A stretch of DNA of 64,000 bases from contig OZ296658.1 of the NCBI GenBank assembly GCA_965655095.1, positions 4,526,001 to 4,590,000 of the forward strand, read 5' to 3'. A program made the position numbers and the translations under genes. The DNA is from Haplodiscus bocki (lineage: Eukaryota). Shown here one piece after another: positions 60,966 to 64,000 of the stretch (within the stretch, counting starts at the first letter, position 1; the number at the start of each line of letters is the position of its first letter). Under the pieces are notes generated by a model. It was not told where the DNA came from and searched no databases. It saw nothing but the letters and a program-made list of their open reading frames with translations.

Positions 60966-61906
60966 ACAAGTTAATTCCTACAAAAAACCGCATTTTTATA
61001 TCTCTGGTTGGACCGAGTGATTCTGGCAAAACGTACTTGATACATGAGTGGTTGAAAGTTGGAACGTTTCAACTCAAATTTGACAAAATTTATTTTTTCT
61101 ATCAACACCCTCAACCACTCTATGATGTCATGCAAAAAGAGATTGATAATCTTGAGTTTGTTCAAGGTGTACACTTTGAATTTATCAACTCTTTGAAAAA
61201 TAACGGTACCAAGTATCTGCTCATTTTTGATGACTCATGTGCAGAAATTTGCAACTCTAAGGAGTTTGTGGACATTGCTACCGCTGGCAGACATCGCGGA
61301 TTTAGTACTATATATATTAAACACAACTTATTCCACCAAAGTAAACTAGGAAGGGATGTTGAGCTGCAAAACACACATATTGTTCTTTTCAAGTCACCTC
61401 GAGATGTGCATCAAGTTGCTACATTAAGTGTACAGTTGGGACTTGGATCAGCTCTCGTTTACTGGTATCGGGATGCAACGTCTGTACCTTTTGGTCATTT
61501 GTTGATTGATTTGTCTCCGCGAACAGACGATCGTTTACGCTACTGCACAAATAGCGGAAATATTCCATCAAAGTTTTATGTACCCGACAACTTGAAGCAT
61601 TTGAGATATTTGGACGATGAACACACTAAATCTCTCTACTCTCCAAGCATTCCAGCATTTTTCCCTCCCATGCAAAGTTCAGTTTCTAAAAACTTGTCCA
61701 AAAGAATTTATCCGATTTCTCAGCGAGTGCATCGTCAACCTGCTGCAAGGAAACTTGTTAGAAGTAAAAAGAAGACACGTGCTAAAGTAATGAGACGAAA
61801 TTCACGAACTGTCTTTAAAAAGAACAACTTGGAAGCAACGAAGAAGTCTCCTTTCGTCGCAAAAAGGATTATTGCTCATAAAAACAATTTCCCCCTTCGT
61901 CATTAA
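60962..61906 (+). CDS. FtsK-HerA/A32-like DNA packaging ATPase
   Basis: Walker A GPSDSGKT, Walker B LLIFDD, AGRH; basic C-terminal extension. Confidence 0.93.
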   Translation: MNKLIPTKNRIFISLVGPSDSGKTYLIHEWLKVGTFQLKFDKIYFFYQHPQPLYDVMQKEIDNLEFVQGVHFEFINSLKNNGTKYLLIFDDSCAEICNSKEFVDIATAGRHRGFSTIYIKHNLFHQSKLGRDVELQNTHIVLFKSPRDVHQVATLSVQLGLGSALVYWYRDATSVPFGHLLIDLSPRTDDRLRYCTNSGNIPSKFYVPDNLKHLRYLDDEHTKSLYSPSIPAFFPPMQSSVSKNLSKRIYPISQRVHRQPAARKLVRSKKKTRAKVMRRNSRTVFKKNNLEATKKSPFVAKRIIAHKNNFPLRH

Positions 61907-61919
61907 TCATTTATCTTGA
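61617..61919 (+). pseudogene. Small conserved Polinton gene overlapping the ATPase 3' end; TAA TGA at 61788-61793
   Basis: MNTLNL...TCPKEFIRFLSECIVNLLQGNL...K**DEIHELSLKRTTWKQRRSLLSSQKG; the Polinton 1 homolog (21911-~22150) is open through this site. Confidence 0.7.
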
Positions 61920-61920
61920 G

Positions 61921-62331
61921 ATGGAACAGTTTGTTCTAGTACCTCTTTCTGTCTACAACAGCAGCAACAGCCCAACCATTGGCACAAAACAAGAACTACC
62001 CAAATACAAAGCTGAGCAAACTCCCACGTACCACAAAGATACGTTAAAAAAGGAAATTAACCAACAGCTTTCCACAAGTGCTTCCTCTCTAGTGAACAAA
62101 ATTTTAGAGTCTCCTCGCATCGAGCTACCCAATTCCAACACTTTGATCCTGGATGGAATAGAGACTGGTGTGTTGTTGAAGGATTTTGCACAGCGTTTGA
62201 AGCGCAAAAACGTACCCATACCCGATATTTACTTTACTTTACTTGACGCAGCCAGCATCACTCCCAACCTTGTTGTCAACAGTCATGCCAAGGGTAAAGA
62301 AAGAGGGGCTTGGATCCCTTTCAAAATCTGA
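61921..62331 (+). CDS. Conserved Polinton hypothetical protein
   Basis: MEQFVLVP...ILESPRI...NTLILDG; decayed homolog at ~21590-21909. Confidence 0.75.
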   Translation: MEQFVLVPLSVYNSSNSPTIGTKQELPKYKAEQTPTYHKDTLKKEINQQLSTSASSLVNKILESPRIELPNSNTLILDGIETGVLLKDFAQRLKRKNVPIPDIYFTLLDAASITPNLVVNSHAKGKERGAWIPFKI

Positions 62332-63219
62332 ACGACAAAGGTTGCAGAGACTTTACACGCAAGGATTTGCAGCATATGGTTCTGTGCGCAATTTGGCAAA
62401 AGCAGCGAAACTCCGTCAAAGGTCAGAGAATTTTTACATTCAAAGACTTCATATACTAGGTTCACACAGGCAACCCGTAAATTTAAAAGAATGAGAGCCT
62501 TTGCGAGATTCAGAAATGAAATTTGGTGTATGGATCTAGCATATGTTGATAAATTGGCAAAAGACAATAATGGTGTAAAGTATTTACTGGTTCGTCAAGA
62601 CTTGTTTGACAGAACCGTAGATGCAAAGGGAATGAAGACAAAAGACTCGAAGGAAACAGTCAAGACATTTTCAAAAATGATTACCAAAAAGAATAGACCA
62701 AAAAAAATTTGGGTAGATCAGGGGACAGAATTTGCTGGAGAGTTCAAGAAATTTTGCAGCGCTGAAGGAATGGAAATTTACTCTACAATGAGTGAGACGA
62801 AAGCAGCAATTGCAGAACGTACAATACGCTCACTCAAAAACATTTTGTATCGCTACATGGAGGATTATGGATACAAGTATATTAATAAATTACCTCAATT
62901 TATTGCAACAATGAATTCTAGAAATAATCGTAGCATTGACATGAAACCCAACCACGTCAAGAACTCTGACTTTATGTCAATACTTTACAGTAGACCGCTC
63001 AGAGAATACAAAAAGGCCAAATTTGGAATTGGAGATAGAGTTCGCATTTCCAAGTACGATTTACCTTTCAGGAAAGGTTATAAACCACAATTTACACAAG
63101 AAATTTTTGAAATTGTTGCCATTGCTACTAAAAAACGTCCAACGTATACGATCAAAGATGAACAAGAAGAAGTTATACGTGGGAAATTCTACGAGAAGGA
63201 ACTAATTAGAGTCATTTGA
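62285..63219 (+). CDS. int: Retroviral-like (rve) integrase with a frameshift near 62412
   Basis: DDE motifs WCMDL, WVDQGTEF, IAERTIR. The N-terminal LYTQGFAAYGSV is in a different frame from SKVREFLHSKTSYT. Confidence 0.92.
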
Positions 63220-63221
63220 AT

Positions 63222-64000
63222 ATGGATTCATTTACAATCGAGTTGGTTTCCAACGCATCTTCACAGCTCTTTCCAAATAACACGCTCAGTTCATTTACAA
63301 ATTTCTTGCCGGAGCAAGTGAACTTGGACGGACAATGGGAGGTAGCAATTTCCGAGATTTCTTACCCATCAATGTACCAAAACGTTACAGAGGGGAAATT
63401 TATGTTTTACGATGAGGAACTCTCCAAAACTACAGAGGCTTACTATCTTGAACCCGGTCTCTATTCCTCCATAACTGACATTGTGGAAGCTATGAATACT
63501 CTCATACAAGAAAGAAACAACCACAGAGACACTTGCATCACAATCAAAGTTAGCAGGGTAACGCAAAAAGTAAAGGTGTATCTGGCGAATGAAGAGTCGA
63601 GTTTAGCAATTTTTAGTACTGACTTGGGATATATATTTGGAGGAGACGTGAGAAGTGATTCGGGAATACTCATGCGTGGGAAAGAACCGCATGAACCAAC
63701 ATTTGCTTACGATATTGTTCGCATCCATTCACTCATGATTTACACTGACATTGTAGAGTACAATATTGTTGGAGACACAAAGGCGCCTTTGCTCCGTTGC
63801 TTTCCTTTCATATCCAAGCTCAAATCTGGTGACATAATAACTACTGGACAATACATGAACTATCAGACATTTAGCAATCTTCAGTTTAGACGTTTGTTAA
63901 AAAATTCTTTTCACAGCATACACATTGATTTGCGAGACACGTCTGGTGAGAAGATTCCTTTTGTCTCGGTGGGAATAACTCGACTTGTCGTCATGTTTAG
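63222..64000 (+). CDS. Minor capsid protein (penton), cut by the window end
   Basis: Not in the ORF track. Manual translation MDSFTIELVSNASSQLFPNNTLSSF...WEVAISEISYP...IYTDIVEYNIVGDTKAPLLR is open to 64000. Confidence 0.9.
   Translation, partial: MDSFTIELVSNASSQLFPNNTLSSFTNFLPEQVNLDGQWEVAISEISYPSMYQNVTEGKFMFYDEELSKTTEAYYLEPGLYSSITDIVEAMNTLIQERNNHRDTCITIKVSRVTQKVKVYLANEESSLAIFSTDLGYIFGGDVRSDSGILMRGKEPHEPTFAYDIVRIHSLMIYTDIVEYNIVGDTKAPLLRCFPFISKLKSGDIITTGQYMNYQTFSNLQFRRLLKNSFHSIHIDLRDTSGEKIPFVSVGITRLVVMF

Larger units (their letters stand above)
48716..64000. mobile_element. Polinton/Maverick 2, young, runs off the window; left end at 48716, 49085 or 49741
   Basis: AGTAGTA terminal motifs, TIR modules related to Polinton 1, long ORFs for pPolB, ATPase, INT and mCP. 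Confidence 0.95.

Overview
AT-rich eukaryotic, probably invertebrate animal, DNA made almost entirely of mobile elements. 1-12.3 kb: three diverged SGNH/GDSL-esterase-like ORFs (one decayed), an orphan 332-aa Cys-cluster ORF, and two near-identical inverted copies of a CR1/L2-group LINE, one with PHD/RRM ORF1 plus EN-RT ORF2 and one 5'-truncated. ORF2 has no usable AUG and follows ORF1 in frame across a UGA-CUA readthrough-type junction. 12.3-17 kb: mostly non-coding, with possible small host exons. 17,020-46,155: a complete but decayed Polinton/Maverick with TIRs, a 6-bp TSD (TCGGAT) and PRO, MCP, mCP, INT, ATPase and pPolB remnants. Its pPolB plus inner-TIR segment is amplified into 7 tandem ~2.85-kb copies, and a 200-bp foldback element sits in its left TIR. 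46.2-48.7 kb: spacer with a 350-bp MITE. 48.7 kb to the window end: a younger, largely intact related Polinton in the opposite orientation (pPolB, ATPase, INT, mCP, PLA2-like, DEDD-like). Its accessory block encodes a signal-peptide-bearing EGFR-ligand-type EGF protein and several PC4-like proteins, and a tRNA-like Pol III box A/box B unit lies in its terminal region. All family calls are motif recognition by eye; no database search was run.
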